61,474 nt of DNA from Coriobacteriia bacterium (GTDB lineage Bacteria > Actinomycetota > Coriobacteriia > Anaerosomatales > Kmv31), in the NCBI GenBank assembly GCA_014859305.1, contig JACUUM010000005.1:1-61474 (forward strand), given 5' to 3'. The notes beneath the pieces are model-generated. The model ran no database searches. It was not told the origin of the DNA and saw only the letters and a program-made list of their open reading frames with translations. A program made the position numbers and the translations under genes. This document shows positions 34,414-42,756 of the stretch, piece after piece. Numbering within the stretch: position 1 is the first letter of the stretch; each line of letters opens with the position of its first letter.

Positions 34414-35463
34414 GTGGACTGCCTGAGCGCGCAGCAGACCCTCTCCGAGGCCTTCGACGCCGAGGCCGTCGAGGCACGGCGACTCGCCGAGGTCCAGCGT
34501 CACTGCGCGGCGTGCGCGCCCTGCCGCGCGTTCGCCGCGGGCCTCGAGTCGCTGCGTGTGCCCGGACCCGTCGCCCCCGCGTCCCTCGCGCCCTCCGTCA
34601 TGCGCCGCGTCGCCGAGGACGATGCCGCCCTCGCGGCGGCGGCCGTGGCGACGGCGAGGTGGACGAAGGGCGCCGCGGGACGGGTGGAGGAGGTGCCCGC
34701 CGAGGACGGGCCCGAAGCCGAGCCGGCCCCTCGCCCGCGGCCGCCGCCGTGGCGCTCGCCCGGCCGCCTCGCGGCCGCCGCCGCGCTGATCGTCGGCTTC
34801 GGGCTCCTCACCCACTACGGCATCACGCTCATGACGACGCCGATGATCCGCGACGGCTCCTCCGGCGCCCCGGCGGCCCTGGACGCCGAGTCTCCCTTCG
34901 ACACCGCCGGCGAGCAGGGCTACCCCGGCGACGCGGAGAGCGCGACCGGGGGACGTTCGCGGCAGGGGGACGTCGCGTCGCCGGCCCCCCAGATGGTCGC
35001 GTTCGAGGGCCGCGCGTACCGCGTGCTGGGCTCGCGCGAGACGACGCAGCCGCCGGAGCTGGCCGGCAGCGCCAGGACGGCCCGCGACGGGTCGGGGCCG
35101 GCGGAGAGCGTCGCCGTGCACCGCGACCCGGACGACGCGGAGACGATCCTCATAGCCGACGAGGCGGGGCGGTGGACTGCGTTCCGGCTCGTGAAGCGGA
35201 CGCTGGGAGGCCGCGACTACGCCTTGGCGTCCGATACGATCGAACGTTTCGGCGACTGGCCGAGGCTGCCCGGGAGCCTACCGGAGCCCGCGTCTCCGGA
35301 CGGCTCGCCCACGTTCTCCCCCGCCGGTGCCGACGACGCGGGGGTGACCGTGTTCACCCCGCCCGGCCGCAGTGCCGAGGAGGGCTTCGCCGTGGCTCCC
35401 GATACCGCCGCGGGGGACCCCGCGGCCGGCAACCCCTTCTGGACGTGGTGGGAGCCTCTCTGA
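34414..35463 (+). CDS. Anti-sigma factor (zf-HC2 type) with one TM segment and an uncharacterised extracytoplasmic domain
   Basis: It starts immediately after the sigma stop codon. HCAACAPC is the H-x3-C-x2-C motif, and a TM segment (LAAAAALIVGFGLL) lies mid-protein. Confidence 0.7.
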   Translation: MDCLSAQQTLSEAFDAEAVEARRLAEVQRHCAACAPCRAFAAGLESLRVPGPVAPASLAPSVMRRVAEDDAALAAAAVATARWTKGAAGRVEEVPAEDGPEAEPAPRPRPPPWRSPGRLAAAAALIVGFGLLTHYGITLMTTPMIRDGSSGAPAALDAESPFDTAGEQGYPGDAESATGGRSRQGDVASPAPQMVAFEGRAYRVLGSRETTQPPELAGSARTARDGSGPAESVAVHRDPDDAETILIADEAGRWTAFRLVKRTLGGRDYALASDTIERFGDWPRLPGSLPEPASPDGSPTFSPAGADDAGVTVFTPPGRSAEEGFAVAPDTAAGDPAAGNPFWTWWEPL

Positions 35464-35491
35464 AGGCGGCGCGACGGCGCAGCGCCGGCTT

Positions 35492-36565
35492 CTACAGGAT
35501 GAGCATGGCGTCGCCGAAGGACAGGAAGCGGTAGCCCTCCCGCATGGCCGTGCGGTACGCCCCCATCACGTTCTCGCGTCCCGCGAATGCGCTCACCATC
35601 ATCAGCAGGGTGGACCGCGGCGCATGGAAGTTCGTCACCAGGGCGTCCACGACGTTGAAACGGAAACCGGCCAGGATGAAGAGGTCCGTGCGCCCCTCGG
35701 CGGGAACCACCTCTCCGCTCTCGTGGTCGTAGGCGGACTCGAGAGCGCGCACGACCGTCGTCCCGACCGCGACGACCCGGCCACCGCGCCTGCCGGCCTC
35801 GGCGGTCTCGCGCGCAGCGGCCTCGCTCAGGTGGAAGCGCTCGGCGTGGATCCGGTGGTCCTCGGCGTTCTCCTCGGTGACGGGGAGGAACGTGTCGATG
35901 CCGACGTCGAGTCCTATGCGCGCCACGCGCACTCCCCCGCGGCCGAGGCGCTCCAGCAGCCCGGGGGTGAAGTGCAGGCCCGCGGTCGGGGCGGCCGCCG
36001 AGCGCTCCTCCCGGGCGAAGACGGTCTGGTAGAGCTCCGGGTCCTCCAGGGGCTCGGTGACGTACGGCGGGAGCGGGATCTCGCCCAGCTCGTGGACGGC
36101 ATCCATCAGGGTGGGCGTCGAGTAGGCGAGATGCAGCAGCCGCCCGCCCCCCTCGAGCTGGTCCACGACGAGCGCGGTGAGGCCGCCGTCGCCGAACACG
36201 ATCCGCGCGCCGGGCTTCAGCCGCCTCCCCGGCCGGACGAGGCACTCCCAGGTGTCCTCGTAGCGCTCCCGGAGGAGCAACACCTCGACCGCGCCGCCGG
36301 TGGCGTCCTTGGCGCCCTTGAGCCGCGCGGGCATGACTCGCGTCTCGTTGACCACCAGCAGATCGCCCTCGGACAGCAGCTCGGGCAGGTCGGCGAAGAC
36401 GCGGTGGTCGACCTGGCCGCTGACGCGGTCCAGCACGAGCAGCCGGCACGAGTCCCGTGGCTGGGCGGGGTGCTGCGCGACGAGCCCGCTGGGAAGGTCG
36501 TAGTCGAAGTCCTCGGTGAGCACGGCGTGCCTCTCATCGGGGCGGCCGAAGGGAGTATACGCCAT
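35492..36565 (-). CDS. queA: S-adenosylmethionine:tRNA ribosyltransferase-isomerase
   Basis: FDYDLPSGLVAQHPA, LLVVNETRV, PLPPYV, TAGLHFT, VGTT..RALES. Confidence 0.95.
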   Translation of the reverse strand: MAYTPFGRPDERHAVLTEDFDYDLPSGLVAQHPAQPRDSCRLLVLDRVSGQVDHRVFADLPELLSEGDLLVVNETRVMPARLKGAKDATGGAVEVLLLRERYEDTWECLVRPGRRLKPGARIVFGDGGLTALVVDQLEGGGRLLHLAYSTPTLMDAVHELGEIPLPPYVTEPLEDPELYQTVFAREERSAAAPTAGLHFTPGLLERLGRGGVRVARIGLDVGIDTFLPVTEENAEDHRIHAERFHLSEAAARETAEAGRRGGRVVAVGTTVVRALESAYDHESGEVVPAEGRTDLFILAGFRFNVVDALVTNFHAPRSTLLMMVSAFAGRENVMGAYRTAMREGYRFLSFGDAMLIL

Positions 36566-36757
36566 GAGGCCGAGGGACTTCGCCTCCTGTCGGCCACTCG
36601 GCCGTCCAATGGGTACTAACAGTGTCGTGAAAGGCGGATGCAGGCTTCAGCGCATGCTTACGCTAAGTCGACGGTCATTCCTTGGGCTTGCATTCCGCTC
36701 ATCGTTGCGTCATCGTTCCCTGCGCGGATAGGGGAGTGGTCACGGAAGGAGGTATGC

Positions 36758-36994
36758 ATGGACGCCAAGTACAAGCTGATACCGGAGGATATCCCGCCTA
36801 TCTCCAAGGCGACGGTGTACGAGAAGGTGCTCGACGACTTCCTCGGCAGCAAGAACGCATCCGTGCGCGTAGAGGTGCCGAAGAAGAAGCCCGCGACGAT
36901 CCACCAGGGCCTCCTGAAGGCCAAGCGGATGAACGGCAGGTTCGCGCAGGTCTCCGTCGTCCGCCGCGGCGAGACGATCTACCTCAAGAAGTAG
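36758..36994 (+). CDS. Small basic hypothetical protein (78 aa)
   Basis: The ATG is preceded by a strong SD (GGAAGGAGG, 4-5 nt spacing). The ORF is clean but matches no family I recognise. It sits at the edge of a visibly less GC-rich spacer. Confidence 0.55.
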   Translation: MDAKYKLIPEDIPPISKATVYEKVLDDFLGSKNASVRVEVPKKKPATIHQGLLKAKRMNGRFAQVSVVRRGETIYLKK

Positions 36995-37000
36995 CTCGCC

Positions 37001-37033
37001 GAGGAGCAGCGCCGCAGTTGCGCCTCGCTCCTC
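37001..37033 (+). terminator. Hairpin (GAGGAGC...GCTCCTC with an inner GCGC/GCGC stem), 7 nt after the small-gene stop
   Basis: The inverted repeat was read directly from the sequence. There is no clear U-tract, and it lies between convergent genes. Confidence 0.3.
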
Positions 37034-37102
37034 CGATACGCACGGACCCGGCCTTCCGGCGATGCCCGTCGCGGAGGTGCCGGGTCCTCTCCTTCCCGCC
37101 CG

Positions 37103-37672
37103 TCAGCGCGCCCCGCGGCTTCGGCTTGCGGCTGCGGCCTCGGCTTCGCTCAGTATGCAGCCGCAGTAGCGTTGACGGTACATGCCGAGCTCCCTGGAGC
37201 GCCGGACGGCTTCCGGGTACCGGGAGCGGAAATCGGTCGCCAGGAAACGCACCCCGTGCTCGGCGCATGCTTCCTCACCTGCGCGGGCGATCGCCTCGGG
37301 GTCCTGGTGCGGGCTGACAGTCAGCGTCGTCGCCACCGCCTCGGCACCGGTGCGCGCGGCCTCCCGGGCGGCCATGCCCAGACGCAGCCTGAAGCAGCGC
37401 TCGCATCGCCGGCCCGGGTCCCCCGCGGCACCGGCGACCGCCTCCACCCAGGCCGAGGGGTCGTAGGCCGCCTCCACGACCTCCAGTCCCCGATCCTCGG
37501 CGTAGGACGTCAGCGTGTCCCGCCTGCGCTCGTACTCCCGCAGGGGGTGGATGTTCGGGTTGGCGTACACCACCAGCACTTCGTGCTCGGACAGAAGCGC
37601 GGCCAGGGGCTCGAGCAGACAGGGCCCGCAGCACGCGTGCAGCGCTATCCTCACGGTGCCCCCTTTCCGCAT
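37103..37672 (-). CDS. queH: Epoxyqueuosine reductase QueH (DUF208)
   Basis: LHACCGPC near the N-terminus, CERCFRLR, and the C-terminal YRQRYCGC, which are characteristic DUF208/QueH Cys motifs. Confidence 0.85.
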   Translation of the reverse strand: MRKGGTVRIALHACCGPCLLEPLAALLSEHEVLVVYANPNIHPLREYERRRDTLTSYAEDRGLEVVEAAYDPSAWVEAVAGAAGDPGRRCERCFRLRLGMAAREAARTGAEAVATTLTVSPHQDPEAIARAGEEACAEHGVRFLATDFRSRYPEAVRRSRELGMYRQRYCGCILSEAEAAAASRSRGAR

Positions 37673-37743
37673 CCGTTCGCCCACGCCCGCCTCCGTGCCC
37701 CGAAGGCGGCCCGCCCTCCGGGACACCGACCGCCCCAACGACA

Positions 37744-37768
37744 ACGGGCGGCCCGCCGGGCCGCCCGT
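37744..37768 (-). terminator. Intrinsic terminator-like hairpin downstream of the cold-shock gene
   Basis: A 10-bp GC stem (ACGGGCGGCC / GGCCGCCCGT), followed on the minus strand by TTGTCGTTGG. Confidence 0.55.
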
Positions 37769-37789
37769 GTGGTTCCCGCGATCCGCGGA

Positions 37790-37993
37790 CTAGAGCTTGC
37801 GGACGTTGCTCGCCTGCAGTTTACCGTTCTGCCCGGTGGTGACCTCGAAAGACACCGCCTGACCCTCGTCGAGGGTCTTGAACCCCTCGCCTTGGATCTC
37901 GGAGTAGTGGACGAACAGGTCGTCCCCGTCCTCCCGCGAGATGAACCCGTAACCCTTGTCCGGATTGAACCACTTGACAGTACCCTCAGCCAT
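37790..37993 (-). CDS. cspA: Cold-shock protein (CspA family)
   Basis: [15 protein letters not shown] (RNP1) and DLFVHYS (RNP2), 67 aa. Confidence 0.95.
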   Translation of the reverse strand: MAEGTVKWFNPDKGYGFISREDGDDLFVHYSEIQGEGFKTLDEGQAVSFEVTTGQNGKLQASNVRKL

Positions 37994-38140
37994 GCAAGCC
38001 GTCCTTCCGCCCCCGCCTCTGCTCGGGGTCACGCTCGTGCGAGTGCGACATCCGCGCGGCTTGCCCGGCCGCGTCACCGGTGGCTCGGTGACCCTCGCGA
38101 TCCGATACCGGGCTCCTGCGCCCGGCTGACACGGATTCTC
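37994..38140 (-). promoter_or_regulatory. Long 5' leader of the csp gene with a candidate -10 box GAGAAT at 38135-38140
   Basis: About 135 nt lie between the GAGAATC box and the ATG. Long structured leaders are typical of csp genes. Confidence 0.4.
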
Positions 38141-38202
38141 GCACAAGCCCGGGACCGACGGCAAGGAGCCTCCCGACCCCGTTCCCGCACGTCAGGCACA
38201 CA

Positions 38203-38952
38203 TCACGGCTGCGCCTGCTCCGCGGTGGAGCGACGATGCACCATGAGCGCCAGCGCTCCGGCGGCGGCCGCCACCGCACCGAGCACCACTATGAGCACGG
38301 TGGAACCGCCCCCCGCACCACCACCCTGCCCGCTGCCGCTTGCGGGTAGCACAGCGGCCGCGCGACGGTACGACACGTCGACGCTCACCTCGTCCCCCGG
38401 CTCGATCTCCCGGTCCGGCAGCGTGTAGAGCAGCTCGCCCGCTCTGTTGCGCCGCGGGTCGAGAACGGCGGCCGGACGGACGCTGATCTCACGCGCCCCC
38501 GAGGGCAGCCGCACCGAGAACCGGGTCACGGGAGTCCGCACGCTCTGCAGCCACCTCACCGTCCCCGACACCTCGTCGCCGTCTACGGCCAGACGGCCCG
38601 TCACCGCCTCGTACTGTGCGACGCGGCCCGACTCCAACCCTATCCTGAGCGCTTGCCCGCCCGTCGCCTCCACGAGGGTCCCCTCGCGCTCGATGTCGGC
38701 GTTCGGGTCTCCCCCGAGGACCTCCCCCGACCACAGGAGCTCCGCCCCCTCGATCAGCGGCAGGTCCACTGCTGCGGGAAGCTCGGCACCGGGCGGGATC
38801 TCCGCCGAGACGACGACGAGCATCTGCCCCGGCTCGCCCTCCGGCCAGACCTGCACCGCCATGGCGGGGACCTGGACGCTCTCCGCGGCGAGGACGGGCG
38901 TCGAGCCGACGATCACGGCCAGGATGGTCGACAGCAGCAGGGTCCGCTTCAT
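38203..38952 (-). CDS. Secreted protein with a C-terminal membrane anchor (possible LPxSG-type sorting signal)
   Basis: Signal peptide MKRTLLLSTILAVIVGSTPVLAAE. The C-terminus has LPASG, a Gly-rich spacer, a hydrophobic helix and HRRS. Confidence 0.6.
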   Translation of the reverse strand: MKRTLLLSTILAVIVGSTPVLAAESVQVPAMAVQVWPEGEPGQMLVVVSAEIPPGAELPAAVDLPLIEGAELLWSGEVLGGDPNADIEREGTLVEATGGQALRIGLESGRVAQYEAVTGRLAVDGDEVSGTVRWLQSVRTPVTRFSVRLPSGAREISVRPAAVLDPRRNRAGELLYTLPDREIEPGDEVSVDVSYRRAAAVLPASGSGQGGGAGGGSTVLIVVLGAVAAAAGALALMVHRRSTAEQAQP

Positions 38953-39011
38953 GAGCGCCTCGTTCCGGTCCGGTACCTGACTCCGCCGGCATGGCGGCCG
39001 GCCGCCCGGGC

Positions 39012-39857
39012 TCATAGCGAAAGCCGCGCCGCCGCGACCGTGTTGAGCATCAGCATCGCCCGCGTCATCGGGCCGACGCCGCCCGGCACGGGCGTGAGCG
39101 CCGAGGCGATCTCGGAGACCTCTTCGAAGGCCACGTCGCCGATCAGCCCCTTCTCCGTGCGGTTCATCCCGACGTCGACCACGACCGCCCCGGGCTTCAC
39201 GTAGCCCGCGTCCACCATCGCTGCTCGGCCCATCGCCACCACCAGGATGTCCGCCTCGCGGCACACGGCCGGCAGGTCGCGGGTGCGCGAGTGCGCCACA
39301 GTCACGGTCGCGTTGGCCTCCAGCAGCATGAGGGCCATCGGCTTGCCCACGATCGTCGAGCGGCCGACGACCACGGCGCGCCTGCCGACCGGGTCGATGT
39401 CGTATGCCTCGAGCATGCGCATCACACCCGCGGGGGTGTTGGCGCGTCGCGCGGGCAGCCCCCGGAGCAGCTTGCCGAGGTTGGTCGGATGGAACCCGTC
39501 TATGTCCTTCGGCGGGGAGATCGTCTCGATGACGCGTTCGGCGTCGAGATGGGCCGGCAGCGGCAGCTGCACGAGGATGCCGTGGACGGCCGGGTCGGCG
39601 TTGAGCCGCTCTACCTCGGCCTGAAGCTCGGCTTGCGAGGTCCCCTCCGGAAGGCGCGTGTCGAACGAGCGGATGCCGAGCCTCTCGCAGTCGCGCTCCT
39701 TCAGGTCCACGTACGTCTTCGAGCCCGGGTCCTCCCCAACCAGAACGACCGCCAGGCCCGGCGTCACGCCGAAGCCGGCGAGCCACTCCATCTCCGCTCG
39801 CGCCTCGGCCTCCACCTGCGCCGCCACGGCCTTGCCGTCGATGATCGTCGCCGCCAT
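39012..39857 (-). CDS. folD: Bifunctional methylenetetrahydrofolate dehydrogenase/cyclohydrolase
   Basis: IIDGKAVA, VGEDPGS.TYV, ILVQLPLP, DGFHP.N.G, GRS.IVGKP, TPVPGGVGPMT. Confidence 0.95.
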   Translation of the reverse strand: MAATIIDGKAVAAQVEAEARAEMEWLAGFGVTPGLAVVLVGEDPGSKTYVDLKERDCERLGIRSFDTRLPEGTSQAELQAEVERLNADPAVHGILVQLPLPAHLDAERVIETISPPKDIDGFHPTNLGKLLRGLPARRANTPAGVMRMLEAYDIDPVGRRAVVVGRSTIVGKPMALMLLEANATVTVAHSRTRDLPAVCREADILVVAMGRAAMVDAGYVKPGAVVVDVGMNRTEKGLIGDVAFEEVSEIASALTPVPGGVGPMTRAMLMLNTVAAARLSL

Positions 39858-39959
39858 CTCAGAACGACCTCCGCACCGACCGGCGGACGTCGGCGCCGGC
39901 GGCGCCGCCCGCCGTCTCCGAGGTGCCGCCCCTCCGCGCATCCGACGGCCCCTTGGCGG

Positions 39960-40547
39960 TCATGACGCCTCCTTCACGATCCGCAGCAGCTCGCGGAACT
40001 CGTCGGTGGCCGCGCGACCCACCGCCTCGTACATCACCGACTCCGAGACGGTCACCGTGACGCCGGCGGCGCGCAGCCTGTCGAGCGTCACGGCGTGGTC
40101 GCGCTCGGCGCGAGAACAGGTCGCGTCCGCAGCCACCTGGACGTCGGCGCCGGCGAAGGCAAGCGCGAGCGCGGCCTGGGCGACACAGATGTGCGTCTCC
40201 ATGCCCGCGAGCACGACCTGGGTCCGTCCCGTCTCGCGCAGGGCCGCGTCGAAGGCGTCCTCGGACGTGCAGCAGAACGCCGTCTTGTCGACGACCCGGA
40301 CGGTCGCGCCCTCTGCCGCGAGCCTTCCGAGGACCTCCTCGAGCTCGCCCACGGTCCCGCCGAGCCGCTCGGGGTTCTGCCGCGTGACCAGGATGGGCGC
40401 GCCCACGAGCGCCGCCGAGCGCGCGAGCTTGGACGCCGCGCGCACGACCTCGTCGCGCCGCCGCATCGCTGCGGCGAGGCGCTCCTGGACGTCCACGATC
40501 ACGACCACGAAGCGGTCGCGGACGACGAGCGGCTGACGTGTGCTCAA
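39960..40547 (-). CDS. Isochorismatase-family hydrolase
   Basis: VVIVDVQ, the KTAFCC-like K, and G.ETHICV (catalytic Cys). I prefer the TTG at 40547 with SD GAGGAGG; an alternative TTG at 40604 lies 6 nt after a TAGAAT box. Confidence 0.8.
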   Translation of the reverse strand: MSTRQPLVVRDRFVVVIVDVQERLAAAMRRRDEVVRAASKLARSAALVGAPILVTRQNPERLGGTVGELEEVLGRLAAEGATVRVVDKTAFCCTSEDAFDAALRETGRTQVVLAGMETHICVAQAALALAFAGADVQVAADATCSRAERDHAVTLDRLRAAGVTVTVSESVMYEAVGRAATDEFRELLRIVKEAS

Positions 40548-40610
40548 CGGGACCTCCTCGTCGGGCGCCGGCGCGGTCCGTCCCCCTCCGCACCCGGACG
40601 GCAAGCTCCG

Positions 40611-40616
40611 ATTCTA
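40611..40616 (-). promoter_or_regulatory. Candidate -10 box TAGAAT upstream of the isochorismatase-family gene
   Basis: The minus strand reads GCGGTAGAATCGGAGC. Confidence 0.35.
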
Positions 40617-40696
40617 CCGCAGCCCCGACCCCGGGTATCAACAAGGCTGGGCGCGCGGGTAGCGCCCGTGTTGCCGGACCTGCTGGAGGAGGAGCC

Positions 40697-41047
40697 ATGG
40701 CGAACGCACCTATCATGGGGCCGATGAACCACATCACCGACATAGACGCCGCGAACGACTTCGAGAAGAAGCACACGCCGCACATCGACCTGCAACGCAC
40801 AGAGGACGGCAAGCTTCGCGTGGACGTGAAGGTCGGGTACTACTTCCCGCACCCGAACCAGCCCGACCACTTCATCGACTGGCTGCACGTGTACGTCGAC
40901 CACGCCAACGTGGCCCAGTTCGACCTGGCCGCGGGCGTCGCGTGGCCGAACGTCTCGGTGGTCGTGGAAGCCGACGACGGTGCGTTGATCACGGCGGTCG
41001 AGAACTGCAACCTGCACGGACTGTGGAAGGCCGAGGCCAGGGCATAG
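40697..41047 (+). CDS. Superoxide reductase (1Fe-SOR / neelaredoxin-type desulfoferrodoxin ferrous-iron-binding domain)
   Basis: EKKHTPHI (the EKHxP loop), HPNQPDHFIDW and CNLHGLW iron ligand motifs. The SD GGAGGAGG lies upstream. Confidence 0.85.
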   Translation: MANAPIMGPMNHITDIDAANDFEKKHTPHIDLQRTEDGKLRVDVKVGYYFPHPNQPDHFIDWLHVYVDHANVAQFDLAAGVAWPNVSVVVEADDGALITAVENCNLHGLWKAEARA

Positions 41048-41125
41048 TGCCGCCGAGCCCGGCACCCGCGGGAGCGCGGATGGGTACGTACTGCTCGTCC
41101 GGGGTGCGGACCGAGGAGGCGGCCG

Positions 41126-41620
41126 ATGGGTGAGGCGCGGGAGCCGGGCGCGGGGCGGCCGGCGACCTGGGGGCGTGGCCTGCTGATCTGGCTCGGCGTG
41201 GGAGTGCTGCTCATCGCCTTGGTGGGCGGCGGCTTCTACGTGACCGAGCAGCCCCGGTTCTGCAGCGGTCGCGTCTGTCACGAGATGGGACCGTCCTACG
41301 ACGCGTGGGCGAGGTCGCCGCACCCCGAGGTCGGGTGCACCGAATGCCATGCCGCGCCGGGCCCGGTCGGCTTCCTGAAGGCCCACGTCGTGGACGGGCT
41401 GCGCGACGTGTGGGTGCACGTCACCGAGCGGCCGGACCGCATCACCGAGGCGAGCCCGGTGCCCGGATCCAGGTGTCTGCACCGGTGCCACCGCGAGCAG
41501 TTCGAAGCGTTCGAGCGCGGCGCCCGGCGGGCCGTCGAGAACCCGCTGCCGGCCAGACACCCCGACCGGGGATCCGACTGCGCGGAGTGCCACTACGACG
41601 AGATCCACGACCGGGGGTGA
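41126..41620 (+). CDS. Membrane-anchored NapC/NirT-like tetrahaem cytochrome c with atypical haem motifs
   Basis: An N-terminal TM segment (LLIWLGVGVLLIALVGGGF), then EQPRFCSGRVCHEM...Y..W..SPH...CTECH...K as in NapC/NirT/NrfH. Four candidate haem sites: CSGRVCH, CTECH, CLHRCH, CAECH. Confidence 0.7.
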   Translation: MGEAREPGAGRPATWGRGLLIWLGVGVLLIALVGGGFYVTEQPRFCSGRVCHEMGPSYDAWARSPHPEVGCTECHAAPGPVGFLKAHVVDGLRDVWVHVTERPDRITEASPVPGSRCLHRCHREQFEAFERGARRAVENPLPARHPDRGSDCAECHYDEIHDRG

Positions 41621-41676
41621 CGGCACGCGACGCCGCTTCCGCAGCCTTCCGTCAGCGGCGGGCGGTCCCCGTCACG

Positions 41677-42756
41677 TCAGAACAGCCCCCCCTGCCCGCT
41701 CGCGTCACCCGACCCCTCCGGCGCGCGCAACCCGAGGTGTTCGTAGGCGCGCGGGGTGACCTGACGCCCCTTGGGCGTGCGCATCAGGAAGCCGAGTTGC
41801 AGCAGGTACGGCTCGTACACGTCCTCCAGCGTGTCCGGCTCCTCGCCCACCGCCGCGGCGAGCGTGCCCAAGCCGACGGGCTTCCCTGAGAACTTGTGGG
41901 CGAGCGTCCCCAGGATGGTGAGATCCATCCGGTCCAGCCCCACGTGATCGACCTCGAAGAACGCGAGCGCCTCGGCGGCGACATCCTCGTCCACCGCCCC
42001 CTCGCGGCGCACCTCCGCGTAGTCGCGCACCCGCTTGAGCAGCCGGTTCGCCAGCCGCGGCGTGCCTCGCGACCGCCTGGCGATCTCGGCGGCGCCCTCC
42101 TCGTCGGCCTGGACGCCCAGGATCCCCGCCGACCGCCGCACGATCGCCTGCAGCTCCTCGGGTGTGTAGTAGTCGAGCCGCAGCGACATGCCGAACCGGT
42201 CGCGGAGCGGCCCCGTGAGAAGGCCGGTCCGCGTGGTCGCGCCCACCAGCGTGAAGCGCGGCAGGTCGAGCCTCAGGCTGCGCGCGGCGGGACCCTTGCC
42301 GATGACGACATCGATCGAGTAGTCCTCCATCGCGGGGTAGAGGACCTCCTCCACGGCGCGGTTGAGCCGGTGCACCTCATCGATGAAGAGCACGTCGCGC
42401 TCCTCCAGGTTCGTCAGGATGGCCGCGAGGTCCCCGGCGCGCTCGACGGCGGGTCCGGACGTCGTGCGGAGGTGCACGCCGAGCTCGTTGGCGATGACGC
42501 CGGCCAGCGTGGTCTTTCCGAGTCCCGGCGGACCGGACAGCAGCACGTGGTCAAGCGCTTCGCCGCGCGCCTTGGCGGCCTGGAGCAGGACGCGCAGGTT
42601 CTCCTTCACGCGGCCCTGGCCGAGGTACTCGTCGAGCGTACGCGGACGCAGACTGCGATCGATCTCGACGTCGTCCTCGGTGAACCCCGCCGACACGAGC
42701 CGCTCGGAGTCCTCCTCCGACCGGCCTCCGGGGTCGCGCAGGTCCTCGGCGCCCAC
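41677..42756 (-). CDS. ruvB: Holliday junction branch migration ATPase RuvB
   Basis: [11 protein letters not shown], Walker [34 protein letters not shown]. Confidence 0.95.
   Translation of the reverse strand: MGAEDLRDPGGRSEEDSERLVSAGFTEDDVEIDRSLRPRTLDEYLGQGRVKENLRVLLQAAKARGEALDHVLLSGPPGLGKTTLAGVIANELGVHLRTTSGPAVERAGDLAAILTNLEERDVLFIDEVHRLNRAVEEVLYPAMEDYSIDVVIGKGPAARSLRLDLPRFTLVGATTRTGLLTGPLRDRFGMSLRLDYYTPEELQAIVRRSAGILGVQADEEGAAEIARRSRGTPRLANRLLKRVRDYAEVRREGAVDEDVAAEALAFFEVDHVGLDRMDLTILGTLAHKFSGKPVGLGTLAAAVGEEPDTLEDVYEPYLLQLGFLMRTPKGRQVTPRAYEHLGLRAPEGSGDASGQGGLF

Noticed and set aside
36566-36757. A preQ1 or other queuosine-related riboswitch between queA and the small gene.
   Set aside because: I see no compact preQ1-type hairpin or pseudoknot with an A-rich tail, and the downstream gene is not a known queuosine gene. 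This is left as an unexplained leader (see findings) rather than called.
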